A stretch of DNA of 64,000 nucleotides, from contig CAWJSK010000015.1 in NCBI GenBank assembly GCA_963845535.1, forward strand, positions 224,001 through 288,000. Reading direction: 5' to 3'. Made by a program: the position numbers and the translations under genes. Shown here one piece after another: positions 48,719 through 59,195 of the stretch (positions within the stretch are counted from its first letter, which is position 1; every line of letters starts with the position of its first letter). Source of the DNA: an uncultured Spirochaetota bacterium. Its GTDB lineage: Bacteria; Spirochaetota; Spirochaetia; SZUA-6; Fen-1364. Below the pieces are notes generated by a model, which saw only the letters and a program-made list of their open reading frames with translations, made no database searches and was not told where the DNA came from.

Positions 48719-50536
48719 GTGGCGGACCGCCTGAAGCTCCTCGAGCTGCGCAACATCCACGCCTCCTACGGGACGGTGACTGCCCTGGACGGGGTGGACT
48801 TCGACCTGTACGCGGGGGAGATTCACGGCCTGGTCGGAGAGCATCGCGCGGGTAAGTCCACTCTCGTCAAGGTCCTTACCGGCGCGGCGCGCGTGGACGA
48901 AGGCTCCATTTTTTTCGAGGGCAAACGCGTGGAGTCCTTCACTCCAAAACGCTCGCTGGAGAAGGGCATCGGGATCGTCTACCAGGACCTGTCCATCATC
49001 CCGCACCTGGACGCGGTTGAGAACATCTTCACCGGCCGCATGCTCCGTCGAAGCCTCCGGCGGCTGGACCACCGGGCCATGGAGGAGAGGGCGGCTCTGA
49101 TCCTTGCATCCTTGGAGTGTACGTTCGACATGCGGGTGCCGCTTTCCAAGCTCAAGCCGGCGTACCAGCACATGGTGGAGCTGGCGCGCGCCCTTGCCCT
49201 TGAACCGAAGGTCATCATCCTGGACGAGCTGTCCAACAAGCTCACCCCCGTGGAGATGAGGATCGTTTACCGCATTGTCTTCGACTTGCGTGAGCGTGGG
49301 AGCGGCATCGTCTACATCAGCCACGACATGGATGAGATCCTGCGCCTAGCGGACCGTGTCACCGTGCTGCGCGGCGGCCACCGCCGGCTCACGACCAACA
49401 CGGAGGGCTTCGACAGGCTGCGTCTCTATGAGCTCACCTATTCATTCAGCCTGGAAGAGATGCAGAGCGCGCGAGGAGATACGCCGCTCTTGCGGCTCAA
49501 GCGGGACCTGCAGAACGTGATCCAGATCTTCCCGGTGGGGGTCGTTCTGCTTGACCAGACGGGCGCCATCCAGCTGTACAACCTTGCGGCGCATACGCTG
49601 TGCGGAATAGACGGGGACGGGCTGGACCGGCCCCTTGGGGAGGTTCTCTGTGCGGCGGCGGAGGACAGCGGTGAGGCTGCACGGATTGGGCCGGGGCTGG
49701 CTGCCGGCGAGCCCGTGCGCCTTGAAGGGCTGAAGCTGCGGACCGGCAAGACCGTATCCATGGCTTCCACCCCCGTGCGGGCCCAGGATGGGACTCCGGC
49801 AGGCTCGCTTCTTGTCATCGAGGACGTCTCCTTCGCGCGGTACATGAACGACGTCGTCGTGGAAAACGCGAAAGTCTCCACCGTGGCACGCCTGGCGGTG
49901 GGGGTGGCTCATGAGATGAACAATCCCCTGTTTGCGATCCAGAACTACCTTGGGGTGATCCGCGGCCGGGTGAATGACCCGGAGATCGAGGACAGGCTCG
50001 GGCGCATTGAACGGGAGGTCAACCGGATCTCCGATATCGTCTCCAGCCTCCTCTCTTTTTCCCGCGCGGCCTCCGTGCCTCGCAACGTTGTGGACATGCG
50101 CGAGGTCATTGAAAGCGCGGTCATCCTGCTGCAGCACGCGTTCCGGGAAAAGACGGTGTCCGTGAGCCTCGACCTTCCTCCCGGTCCTTTGAACGTCCGA
50201 GGGGACGAGAACAGGCTTACACAGGTCTTGCTCAACCTTGCCTCCAACGCCGTGGACGCGGTCTTGAGCGGCGGGAGCGTGCGCATCCGTGCGCGTCAGG
50301 AAGACAGCGAGTGGGTGGAGATCCAGATCATTGATGACGGCTGCGGCATCCCTGATGACGTGAGCGCCCGCGTGTTTGAGCCTTTCTTCACGACCAAGCT
50401 CAGCAAGAGAAACACCGGCCTGGGGCTTTCCATCTGCCGCAGCATCCTCGAGGAGCACGGAGGAAAGATCGGGTTCGAGAGCAGGCCCGGGGCCGGCACG
50501 GTTTTCAGCGTCAAGCTTCCGTCCGCGGGAGAGTGA
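48719..50536 (+). CDS. Sugar-ABC ATPase domain-PAS-histidine kinase fusion
   Basis: Single 605-aa frame: NBD (GEHRAGKST, YQD, IILDE, YISHD), PAS ('PVGVVLLDQTGAIQLYNLAA...LVIEDVS'), H-box 'VAHEMNNPL', N/G1/F/G2 boxes. Confidence 0.92.
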   Translation: MADRLKLLELRNIHASYGTVTALDGVDFDLYAGEIHGLVGEHRAGKSTLVKVLTGAARVDEGSIFFEGKRVESFTPKRSLEKGIGIVYQDLSIIPHLDAVENIFTGRMLRRSLRRLDHRAMEERAALILASLECTFDMRVPLSKLKPAYQHMVELARALALEPKVIILDELSNKLTPVEMRIVYRIVFDLRERGSGIVYISHDMDEILRLADRVTVLRGGHRRLTTNTEGFDRLRLYELTYSFSLEEMQSARGDTPLLRLKRDLQNVIQIFPVGVVLLDQTGAIQLYNLAAHTLCGIDGDGLDRPLGEVLCAAAEDSGEAARIGPGLAAGEPVRLEGLKLRTGKTVSMASTPVRAQDGTPAGSLLVIEDVSFARYMNDVVVENAKVSTVARLAVGVAHEMNNPLFAIQNYLGVIRGRVNDPEIEDRLGRIEREVNRISDIVSSLLSFSRAASVPRNVVDMREVIESAVILLQHAFREKTVSVSLDLPPGPLNVRGDENRLTQVLLNLASNAVDAVLSGGSVRIRARQEDSEWVEIQIIDDGCGIPDDVSARVFEPFFTTKLSKRNTGLGLSICRSILEEHGGKIGFESRPGAGTVFSVKLPSAGE

Positions 50537-50576
50537 CCGAAAAGGTCGGGGGCAATTCCGAGTTGTCCGCCCAATG

Positions 50577-50900
50577 TCAAAGAGCAACCAACTCCAGACT
50601 CTTTGCTGTATCGATTGCCTGGCCCTGCTCATTTTCTTCAGCGACGTGAGCTTCGGGCCCATTGTCTACCCTGAACTGGCCTGCTATCGCTTGAAGCTCC
50701 TGCGCCAATTCAGAAAGCTGTCCGACAGCGCTGGATATTTCCTGCGCTGACGAAGCGGCGGCATGTGTGATCTGGTTCGCGTCTTCCACGGCGCTTGAGA
50801 CGTGCGTGGCCCGCTCAGTCTGCTGCTCCGTTGCGGCAGAGATGCTCTTGCTCATGGCTCCGATATTTCGAAGGACCTGGGAAAGCTCCTTCACGGCGAG
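50577..50900 (-). pseudogene. C-terminal remnant of a methyl-accepting chemotaxis protein
   Basis: 'ISAATEQQTERATHVSSAVEDANQITHAAASSAQEISSAVGQLSELAQELQAIAGQFRV' is an MCP methylation helix; the signalling hairpin is absent. Confidence 0.7.
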
Positions 50901-50977
50901 GAGCAGCTTGGGGACCAGCCTGATGTTTCTCACACTCTCCCTCCTTGGCACCCGATGCGCGCCGTGGTGCGGCTTGT

Positions 50978-52810
50978 TCAAATATCCTCTTCCCATGAAG
51001 TTTCAAGAGAGCGGGGGTGCTGGCCAAGAGTGGCTACAGCAATTCTGTCCGGCGAGACCTTCGCATTCTTCTTGAGCTTTGCAATGACTGCGCCGATTTG
51101 ATCCGTGGAGCTGTTACGGAACATCCCCGGAATATGCAGCACTGCCGCGCTTGCGCTGAGGAATGGAAAGTTCTTCCGTCCACCGTCACGGTCAATGGAT
51201 GCAATGAAGCCCTGGGTACGGTCCCGTGGATCATAAAGGCTCAGCACGTCGGCTGCGAACTTGGCAACGATCCCGCGGATCCAATCGAGAAACTGCGGGA
51301 CTTCGATGTCTTTCACTTTGCACCCGGCAAAAAAATCGTCCCCGCCGATATGACCAATGAAGCATCTATTGATGTTTGTCGCTTCTTTGAGGATGTCCGC
51401 AAAAAGAAGGATAGCTCTGTCTCCTCGCCGGAAGCCATACAAATCGTTGAACGCTTTGAAATGATCAAGGTCAAAATAGGCGATGAGATATGTGGACAGG
51501 CGATCATCAAGGGCATGCTCGAGAAACTCTCCAATCATCGTGTTGCCGGGGAGCCTGGTCAATGGATTCTGGTCACGGGCGGTAGAGATATTTTTTTCGT
51601 TAATCACGCGCAAGAGCGACTTCGCGCTGAGAAATCCGACGTATCGCCCGTTCTCGGTCAGAAGAACGCCTTCTGCCATGTCATCAAGGGCGAAAAACTC
51701 GAGGATGTTCTCGATCCTTGTATTTACCTCGGCGACCGGACACTTCACAACAAAGTCCAGGAGGTTTTTCCCAGCGGCTTTGTTGAGCAGCAAGTCCTTA
51801 CCGTACCTCGAATAGGCATATTCCTTGATTGCGCTTTCCCTGATGAGGCCGACTGGCGCGCTATTGCCGTTCGTGACAGGGAAAAAACTGTAGCTCTTGT
51901 GCGTTCTAAAGTTCTCAAAGACCGTTGCCATGTCTGTCAAATATCCCTTGTCGGGGCCATGGAGCTGAATCGGTTGCAAGTACTCCATTTCTTGACTCAG
52001 GAGTGCGTGATCCGAGGACTTGTCTCTCCTGTTTGAGGAGCTCAGGGTGCTGACGTGCTCGTATCTTTCCACGAGCGCGCTGATATCCGTTGTTGGTCTT
52101 TGTACCAGGTAACCCTGGATATAGTCGCATCCTATGTCTTTGCAGCACGCGTACTCTTTGTCAGTTTCCACGCCTTCCGCGATGACCAGGATCCCGAGGG
52201 TATGCGCAAGATTCAGGACTTTGCCGACGAACAGCCTCTTTTTGGAGTCCGTCTCCATGCCTGCGATGAAAAATCTGTCAATCTTGATGAAATCCGGCTC
52301 AGAGTTGTACAGCAGTTGCAGTCCAGAGTAGCCCGCTCCAAAATCGTCGATTGCAATCTTGAAAGTCTGCCGCTTATAGGTAATGAGGGACGCGTCAGTA
52401 CTGACGGTGTAACTCGTCAAATCGTGCCTTTCCGAAAGCTCGAAGACAACCGTATCGGGGTACAGGCCGTATCGCCGCAGGAGTGTGACGGTGCCGACGG
52501 GCGAGTAGTCGGGCATGAGGAGAACCCTATTATCGATATTGAGAAAGAGCTTCATTTTTTTGTGGAAAGGTATGTCGGCGAATTTTCCGATTGCCTTTTC
52601 TCGCAAGGCAATTTCGACCTGGTTGAGAGCTTGTTCCGCAAAAGCTGCGTCAAAAATCTCTTGAATGCTGGCAAAGCCGGCACTTTCCCAACTGCGCAGC
52701 AAGGCTTCATATCCCAGACAGACTCCGGAATGGATGCTGACAATGGGTTGAAAAGCGTAGTCCAAGCCTGCTGTCGCGCGTCGCCATCGTTCAGAAGCCA
52801 TTCCAGGCAA
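50978..52810 (-). CDS. EAL-CBS-GGDEF c-di-GMP phosphodiesterase/cyclase
   Basis: 'FQPIV', 'YEALLR', 'IDDFGAGYS', 'AEGVET'; CBS pair; 'NPLTRLPGN', 'DLDHFKAFND.YG...GD', 'GHIGGDDF'. Confidence 0.93.
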   Translation of the reverse strand: MPGMASERWRRATAGLDYAFQPIVSIHSGVCLGYEALLRSWESAGFASIQEIFDAAFAEQALNQVEIALREKAIGKFADIPFHKKMKLFLNIDNRVLLMPDYSPVGTVTLLRRYGLYPDTVVFELSERHDLTSYTVSTDASLITYKRQTFKIAIDDFGAGYSGLQLLYNSEPDFIKIDRFFIAGMETDSKKRLFVGKVLNLAHTLGILVIAEGVETDKEYACCKDIGCDYIQGYLVQRPTTDISALVERYEHVSTLSSSNRRDKSSDHALLSQEMEYLQPIQLHGPDKGYLTDMATVFENFRTHKSYSFFPVTNGNSAPVGLIRESAIKEYAYSRYGKDLLLNKAAGKNLLDFVVKCPVAEVNTRIENILEFFALDDMAEGVLLTENGRYVGFLSAKSLLRVINEKNISTARDQNPLTRLPGNTMIGEFLEHALDDRLSTYLIAYFDLDHFKAFNDLYGFRRGDRAILLFADILKEATNINRCFIGHIGGDDFFAGCKVKDIEVPQFLDWIRGIVAKFAADVLSLYDPRDRTQGFIASIDRDGGRKNFPFLSASAAVLHIPGMFRNSSTDQIGAVIAKLKKNAKVSPDRIAVATLGQHPRSLETSWEEDI

Positions 52811-52826
52811 CCTTCTACCGTTTGCG

Positions 52827-52865
52827 TGTTAAGAGAAAATGTCGGGAAGCTTAAGTTTTTGCTAA
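52827..52865 (-). promoter_or_regulatory. 11-bp periodic box (OmpR/PhoB-type site)
   Basis: Minus strand TTAGCA, TTAAGC, (no match), TTAACA in 11-bp phase. Confidence 0.55.
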
Positions 52866-53896
52866 GATCTCAGCGCCCTGAGGGCCCTCGGCCGCGGGGA
52901 GAAGGCTGTGCGGATCTTTTGCCCTCTGTATCTCGTCAGGAAGGCCTCAATCCTGCGGAGTATCGACTTTCGATCATCGGTAATAGTGAAGCAGGCCGGC
53001 ACGCGATGGGATCGATAACGCTCAAGGTGGAGCTTGAAATCTGGGAGATCAACGCGGAGCCGTTCAACGCTCGTCGATTTCCCTTTTCCCGTTTTCTCGA
53101 CCATCTCAGCGTTCAATTGCTGCTCCCACTGACCCCGCTGGGGGATGACAAGGATCGGCTTGTTGAGGGCGATTGACTCTGCGATCATCTGATGTCCAGC
53201 CGTCGAAAGCACGAAGGAACAGGCGGCAAGGGCTTCTTCGAAATTCACGTGGGGCCCCGGCACGAGTCGGTAGCGCAGGCCCATCGAATCGAGGATGGGG
53301 AGGACCACCGGTCTCAGGCAGTCCTTGAGATTCACAAGGACGGGGCCGTCGTCACGGACTGGATGTGCAAAGATTCCATCTCGCAGGATCGGACCAGCGT
53401 CGCCCTCGTAAAACGAGATGTGTATCCTCTCGTTCCAAGGCCCTTCCAGCATTCGGGTTGCCAAAGCGGTGATCAAGGCTATAGGGCGAGGTCTCAAGAC
53501 GCGCTGGACGATTCCCGGATGGTTGATCTGGAGGACTGGAATTGCCGCCATCCTGGCGGCCCACGGGAGAAAGGGATCGAAATCAGAGATGACGGCGTCG
53601 ATCTTGAGGGCGCGGAGGCGTTCAACGAGTCGTATCATCTCGAACGGGAAGCGGGCAAGGAGGGGAATGGTGGAGAAAATCGAAGCGAACAGGCGTACTC
53701 TCTCCCCCTTTTTCTCAAAAAAGAAATGGAGGATGCGTTCATAACGTCCCTCACCCATCCGGGAAACGACGAACTCTCTGATTGCGTCGGGCATGAAATA
53801 CACGACATCATGGCGTTGCTGCAGAAGGGGCCCGATGACAGAGGTCCTCGCGGCGTGACCCATGCCTTCGCCTGCGAATGAATATGCGATCCGCAT
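52862..53896 (-). CDS. GT-B glycosyltransferase (MJ1255/VC2487-like)
   Basis: 'GEGMGHAAR', 'VISDFDP', 'STAGHQMIAESI', 'PQRGQWEQQLNA'. Confidence 0.85.
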   Translation of the reverse strand: MRIAYSFAGEGMGHAARTSVIGPLLQQRHDVVYFMPDAIREFVVSRMGEGRYERILHFFFEKKGERVRLFASIFSTIPLLARFPFEMIRLVERLRALKIDAVISDFDPFLPWAARMAAIPVLQINHPGIVQRVLRPRPIALITALATRMLEGPWNERIHISFYEGDAGPILRDGIFAHPVRDDGPVLVNLKDCLRPVVLPILDSMGLRYRLVPGPHVNFEEALAACSFVLSTAGHQMIAESIALNKPILVIPQRGQWEQQLNAEMVEKTGKGKSTSVERLRVDLPDFKLHLERYRSHRVPACFTITDDRKSILRRIEAFLTRYRGQKIRTAFSPRPRALRALRS

Positions 53897-53931
53897 GACC
53901 GTCCCCTCCCGTCAGAATCCGAGCCTGGATT

Positions 53932-53959
53932 TGTTAATTTGGCGTCAGCATGCTGTTTA
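53932..53959 (-). promoter_or_regulatory. 11-bp periodic box (OmpR/PhoB-type site)
   Basis: Minus strand TAAACA, CTGACG, TTAACA at 11-bp period. Confidence 0.55.
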
Positions 53960-54008
53960 GATTGAGAGAATTCGTTGGTTCACGCCGAATATCGTACTGA
54001 AGGACGCG

Positions 54009-55546
54009 ATGTCGAGAGATCGCAGCGGGGAGCATCGATTTAAAGTCATCCTCGGTACTGAACCGGTGGCAGAGCTGTCCCTGGGCTACCTCTCGCTCAC
54101 GATAGATACGTCTCTGGTGCTGGGAGGACACTGGTGGGGGAAGGCGAAGGGCGTCTCTCGAGGAGTGTCCATCGACACGGTGGCACCCATCGACCTGGGC
54201 GACCCACGGCTGATCGCCTTTGCGAGACTCCTGGCCCCCGCCATGATTCGGATAGGGGGGACCGAAGCGGATCGTGTCGGATATGGGATCAGGGAGAAGA
54301 AAGGCAGGAAACAAGAAGCGGCGGGCGGTCCCGCTGCGAGCCCAGACAGAGAGCTTGTACTGAAGAAAAAGCTCTGGAAACGGATCAACACCTTTGCGTC
54401 AACTGTTGGCTTCGAGGTCCTGTTCGTTGTGAACGCCGGGCCCGGCCAGCGTGACGGCGAAGGAGCCTGGATGGACTCCAGCGCCCGCGCGCTCATCGCC
54501 TACACCGCGGAGAAACACCTTCCGGTGCGGGCGTGGGAGCTCGGCAACGAAGTGAACGCCTACCCGATCACACACGGGTTCAGAAATCGAGTCAGCGCTT
54601 CGCGGTACGTGCAGGACTTCGCCAGGTTCTCTCAGCTTATCCGGAGATTGCATCCCCGCTCCCTGGCCGTCGGGCCGGCTTCAGCCGTGATTCCCGCGCT
54701 TGGTGAACCCAACCCTATCATCCCGGCCCTGGGGAGAAGCGAGTCAATGCGATCGGATGACGTGATGAGCTGGCACTATTACCCGCAGCAGTCCAGCAGG
54801 GGCCGCTTTGCAAACAGGCGCGCATCGAAAAAAACGCTCCTGAAACCGCGGCATCTCGACAGCGTCCGAAAGCAGGCGCGAAGGGTGGTGAAGAATGCTC
54901 GAGGGCGGCAAGTCTGGATGACGGAAACAGGGCACGCCCTGTACGGAGGTGAACCGGGGCTGTCCGATACGTACCTCTCCTCGATCTGGTGGCTCGACCA
55001 ATTGGGGCTTCTGGCCCGCGAGGGAGTCTCACGCGTGTTTCGCCAATCTCTTGTAGGCTCGGACTACGGGCTCCTCGACCAGAACACCTTCGAGCCCAGA
55101 CCCGACTATTACGCAAGCGTGCTCTGGAAGAGGTTGATGGGAAATACGGTGTTCACGGTGCCGCCAATCGAAAGGGCGGATGGGAAAATCCGCGCGTATT
55201 ATCATAGCTCCGCGGAAGAGCCGCGGACCCATTGTCTCCTCCTTGTGAGCCTTCGCAACACCCATTCCCTGATTGACGTCGCTGGTTCGATTTGGAGGCG
55301 TTATATCATCGAACCATGCGGCGGTATCTGTTCTTCCCGGCTCGCACTCAACGGCGTCCTGGTCGAAGAGGATCTCGTCTTTGCGTGGGGTAAAGAGTCG
55401 ACGAGAAGGAAGTACAAGGTTGCCGCCGGGGGAGAGGAGCTCGGGGAGATTCCTGCTGAAGCGCCGTCGGAGATCCTCCTGCCCCCGTACGGCTGCGCGT
55501 TCGTACTTCTCCGACCGGGGGAAAGGGGGCGTGGCAACGGGCATAA
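54009..55546 (+). CDS. Glycoside hydrolase family 79 (heparanase/beta-glucuronidase-like); true 3' end uncertain
   Basis: 'RIGGTEAD', 'WELGNEVN', 'VWMTETG', 'WLDQLG', 'PDYY'; recognisable sequence ends at 'LPPYGCAFVLL' near 55510; ORF track reads through to 55787. Confidence 0.85.
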
Positions 55547-55573
55547 TAGGCATCAATATTATGCTTTTAGTGC

Positions 55574-55603
55574 TTGCATTTTGTATTTCGTTTGCATTAT
55601 AAT
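55574..55603 (+). promoter_or_regulatory. Sigma70-type promoter TTGCAT-18-TATAAT with TTGCATT direct repeats
   Basis: AT-rich stretch; TTGCATT at 55574-55580 and 55592-55598; 19 bp upstream of ATG 55623. Confidence 0.65.
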
Positions 55604-55622
55604 AGTGCAGGAAGAGAATAGG

Positions 55623-55787
55623 ATGGCAAAGAAGCTGCACGTGGAGATCACGCCGGCGAATTGGCGTCGGATGGAGAAGTATATCGAAGATTACAACGGA
55701 AACCCGCGCCGCGTGACACCACGCTACAAGCCCGCGGATATTATCAACCTCGCGCTGTTCCAGTATCTGAAGAGAAAGAGAGGTTGA
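55623..55787 (+). CDS. Small basic ribbon-helix-helix-like protein (54 aa)
   Basis: MAKKLHVEITPANWRRMEKYIEDYNGNPRRVTPRYKPADIINLALFQYLKRKRG; aligns with the next ORF. Confidence 0.7.
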   Translation: MAKKLHVEITPANWRRMEKYIEDYNGNPRRVTPRYKPADIINLALFQYLKRKRG

Positions 55788-55793
55788 ACCCCG

Positions 55794-56526
<733 letters not shown>

Positions 56527-56557
56527 GCGGGGTTGAAACTCGAGGAGGAGTTTGAAT

Positions 56558-56956
56558 ATGGCAAAGGCCAAGAAGGTGACACTGATCAGTTTTACCCTGC
56601 CGAACAAGGTAGGTCAGCTTGCGGCGGTCACCGAGCTCATTGCGGGCGCAAAGTTGGACGTCCAGGGATTCCAGGCCGTCGAAGCAGGCGCCAGCGCGGA
56701 GTTCAGACTGGCAGTAAAAAACACCGCAAAGGCCGTGAAAGCGCTTGGGCCCTTGGGAGTTCAGACGAAAGAGGAGAGCGCGCTCCGGGTCCAGATGGTC
56801 AACAAACGGGGTCGGCTTCAGAGGGTGGCCCGCAAACTTGCGGACGCAGGGGTCAACGTACGCTCTTCCTGGGCAACCGCATTCGCGGGCAAGACAGCTA
56901 CCTGCATCTTCCTCACATCCGACGACGCAAAAGCCATTGCAGCCCTTGCGAAGTAG
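56558..56956 (+). CDS. Tandem ACT-domain protein
   Basis: 'PNKVGQLAAV' and 'NKRGRLQRVARKLADAGVNV'; GAGGAGG RBS. Confidence 0.8.
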   Translation: MAKAKKVTLISFTLPNKVGQLAAVTELIAGAKLDVQGFQAVEAGASAEFRLAVKNTAKAVKALGPLGVQTKEESALRVQMVNKRGRLQRVARKLADAGVNVRSSWATAFAGKTATCIFLTSDDAKAIAALAK

Positions 56957-56986
56957 AGAACGTTCATGATGTCTTGAATTGAGCCG

Positions 56987-57304
56987 CTATCCCTCCACAG
57001 AGATGGCGGCAACGAGGACATTATCATTCACGAGAATCCGGGTGATCTTGCCCTGAAGGCTTTTTGGGGATTCTTCAGTTCCAAAAATGATTGTCCCCGT
57101 TTTTCCGGTATCATCCTTCGAAAGGAGAAGGCCGGACGGCTGCTGATCAAATTTCAGCAGAAGGCCGCCCGCGGACATGTTGAGGACTCTGCACGGGTAA
57201 AGCTTCTTCTCCAAAGTGAACGTGGCGGGAATGCTGACGGAAGCGCGCTTTTCCTGTCTGCGTTCAGGCGGCTTCTGATCATGCCCCGCGTTCGTATCAG
57301 ACAT
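56987..57304 (-). CDS. PilZ-domain protein
   Basis: 'ERRQEKR' (RxxxR) and 'NMSAGG' (D/NxSxxG); ATG 57304 overlaps upstream stop. Confidence 0.88.
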   Translation of the reverse strand: MSDTNAGHDQKPPERRQEKRASVSIPATFTLEKKLYPCRVLNMSAGGLLLKFDQQPSGLLLSKDDTGKTGTIIFGTEESPKSLQGKITRILVNDNVLVAAISVEG

Positions 57305-58621
57305 TGTTCCTCCGATGCTTCCCCTCGCCATACTTTACGATCACGAAAGTGATGTCGTCCCGCTGCGGTGCATCGCCGCGGAAAGACCGGAGGTCTGCCG
57401 CAAGCTTGTCCGAAAGCTGCTGCGGCGTCAGCTCGCCATTCGTCTTGAGCAGCCCCCAAAGGCGTTGCTCAGTATAGTCACGTCCGGCGCTATCCGTCTG
57501 ATCAGTCACGCCGTCCGTGAACAGGACCAGCAGGCTCCCCGGCTTCAGACGGCACACCCGCGTAGCGGGGTCGAGCGTTGGGGTAACGCCGAGCGGCGGA
57601 TTGGACGCATCGGAACCGAGTCGCTTGAGTTTTGCGTCTTCCACCACCAGCATGTAGGAATGTCCCAGATCGCAAATAGTCGCCTCTCCCGTCTTTTCGT
57701 CAAGCTCGATGATGATGCCAGTTACGAAATACTCGAGAGAGAACGTATCTATGATATAGCGGTTGAGCTTTCGCGCGAAGCTCTTGATGGCATGGGATGT
57801 CGTGTAGCCATCGAAGAATCCGCCGAGAACGGCGGTGATCAGAGACGCCGCGATTCCTTTGCCCGAGACGTCGCAGATGGCGATGAGAAGTGTGCCGTCC
57901 GCCAGCCTCTTGAGCACGTAGAAGTCTCCGCCAACTTCCTTTGCCATCGCGGAGGAACCCGACAATGGCTGTGCGCTCTCCTGCGAAGGAGAAGCTCTCT
58001 TTCACAATGGCTTCCTGGAGCCTGCGCGCCAGGGAGATGTCCCGCGCCGTGATGTTCGAGAGGTAGATGAGAAGGTCCGTCGTGGAGAAGATGCCTGAAT
58101 AGCGGCCCGCGGCATCGACAAGCACATAGTAGATGCTCGTGCCCTTGCGCAGCTCCTCGCTGAGGTTGTCGGCAACACCGAAGATGCTCAGGTCATCCCG
58201 GATGAGCTGCGGCGTCTTCATGACGGCGGGGACGAGCTTCCGCTTGTAAAGGTCTCGTCCGTACATCCTGCCCAGGTTGTCGAAAAGCTCTCGGCGCAAT
58301 ACTATCCCGACCGGCTCGGTCTTTTCGTTGACGACTGCCACGGCGAAGGTGACTGGGATTCTTTTCCATACCCGCCGCCAGAGCGTAGACCGAGGCGTCC
58401 TGCGATATGAACATCCGGCTGGACGCAAGCTTCGCAATGACTTCTCCTGGCCTCTTGTTCGGCTCGACGGAGCCGAACATAGTCCCAGGATCATCGGGCG
58501 CAGCCCCTTCAAACCGTGAAGGTTGAAAGCCCAAAACCGAAGAGCCCACGTCGACCGTGGTGAACTTGTCCAGGATCGCCTCAGGCTCCGCTTTTCTTGT
58601 GATTGGGTCTGCTGAGCTCAT
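57297..58621 (-). CDS. CBS-pair + SpoIIE/RsbU-type PP2C phosphatase, two frameshifts (near 58355 and 57958)
   Basis: CBS 'VAVVNEKTEPVGIV', 'ARRLQEAI', then 'EVGGDFY', 'CDVSGKGIAASL', 'FTDGVTD', 'DDIT'; removing 2 bases gives 441 codons. Confidence 0.88.
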
Positions 58622-58642
58622 CCCGGAAGTGTGACAGGAAAG

Positions 58643-58681
58643 TGTTAAGGAATTACAAACGATCCGTGAATATTCCGTTAG
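58643..58681 (-). promoter_or_regulatory. 11-bp periodic box upstream of PP2C gene
   Basis: Minus strand CTAACG, TTCACG, TTTGTA, TTAACA at 11-bp period. Confidence 0.6.
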
Positions 58682-58701
58682 AGCCGATTTCTCGCTCCGG
58701 A

Positions 58702-58729
58702 TTCACGTTTTCTTCACATTGGATTAACA
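58702..58729 (+). promoter_or_regulatory. 11-bp periodic box upstream of STAS gene
   Basis: TTCACG(58702), TTCACA(58713), TTAACA(58724). Confidence 0.7.
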
Positions 58730-58766
58730 CGGCAGGGATACCAATTGGTCATCAGGGAGGTCGCAC

Positions 58767-59135
58767 ATGGATATTGCGATCAGGAAATACCAGCGGAACT
58801 ACATCATCGACGTGAAGGGAGACCTGGATTTGTACAACGCATTTCGCCTGAAGGAGGCGGTACAAAGGATGATCGACGCGGACGCTCGAGTGCTCATCCT
58901 GAACATGAAGGACGTGGACTACGTCGATTCGAGCGGCATTGGTGCGCTCCTTTCCATCAACCGCCTGCTCGCAAAAGACGGCAGGAAACTGCGGATTGCG
59001 AGCGTCACACAGACTGTGCAGAACCTGATGAACATCACGGGGCTTGCCGGGTTCCTTCCGATCTCCAAAACCGTGGCCGAGGCGATCGAGACGATCGACG
59101 ACCTCGCCGATGGTTCGAAAAAGCAGCTTCTGTAA
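58767..59135 (+). CDS. STAS anti-sigma factor antagonist
   Basis: 'VKGDLDLYNA', 'VDYVDSSGIGAL'. Confidence 0.93.
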   Translation: MDIAIRKYQRNYIIDVKGDLDLYNAFRLKEAVQRMIDADARVLILNMKDVDYVDSSGIGALLSINRLLAKDGRKLRIASVTQTVQNLMNITGLAGFLPISKTVAEAIETIDDLADGSKKQLL

Positions 59136-59195
59136 GGGTTGCACGGCAGCACCCTCGTGAAAGCCCGGGCGCGAACCTCTTTTTCGTCGGACTAT

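Noticed and set aside
54009..55787. 592-aa GH79 fused to a DNA-binding tail
   Set aside because: The linker is AT-rich, contains a -35/-10 pair and translates to implausible sequence; the tail is paralogous to the free ORF downstream
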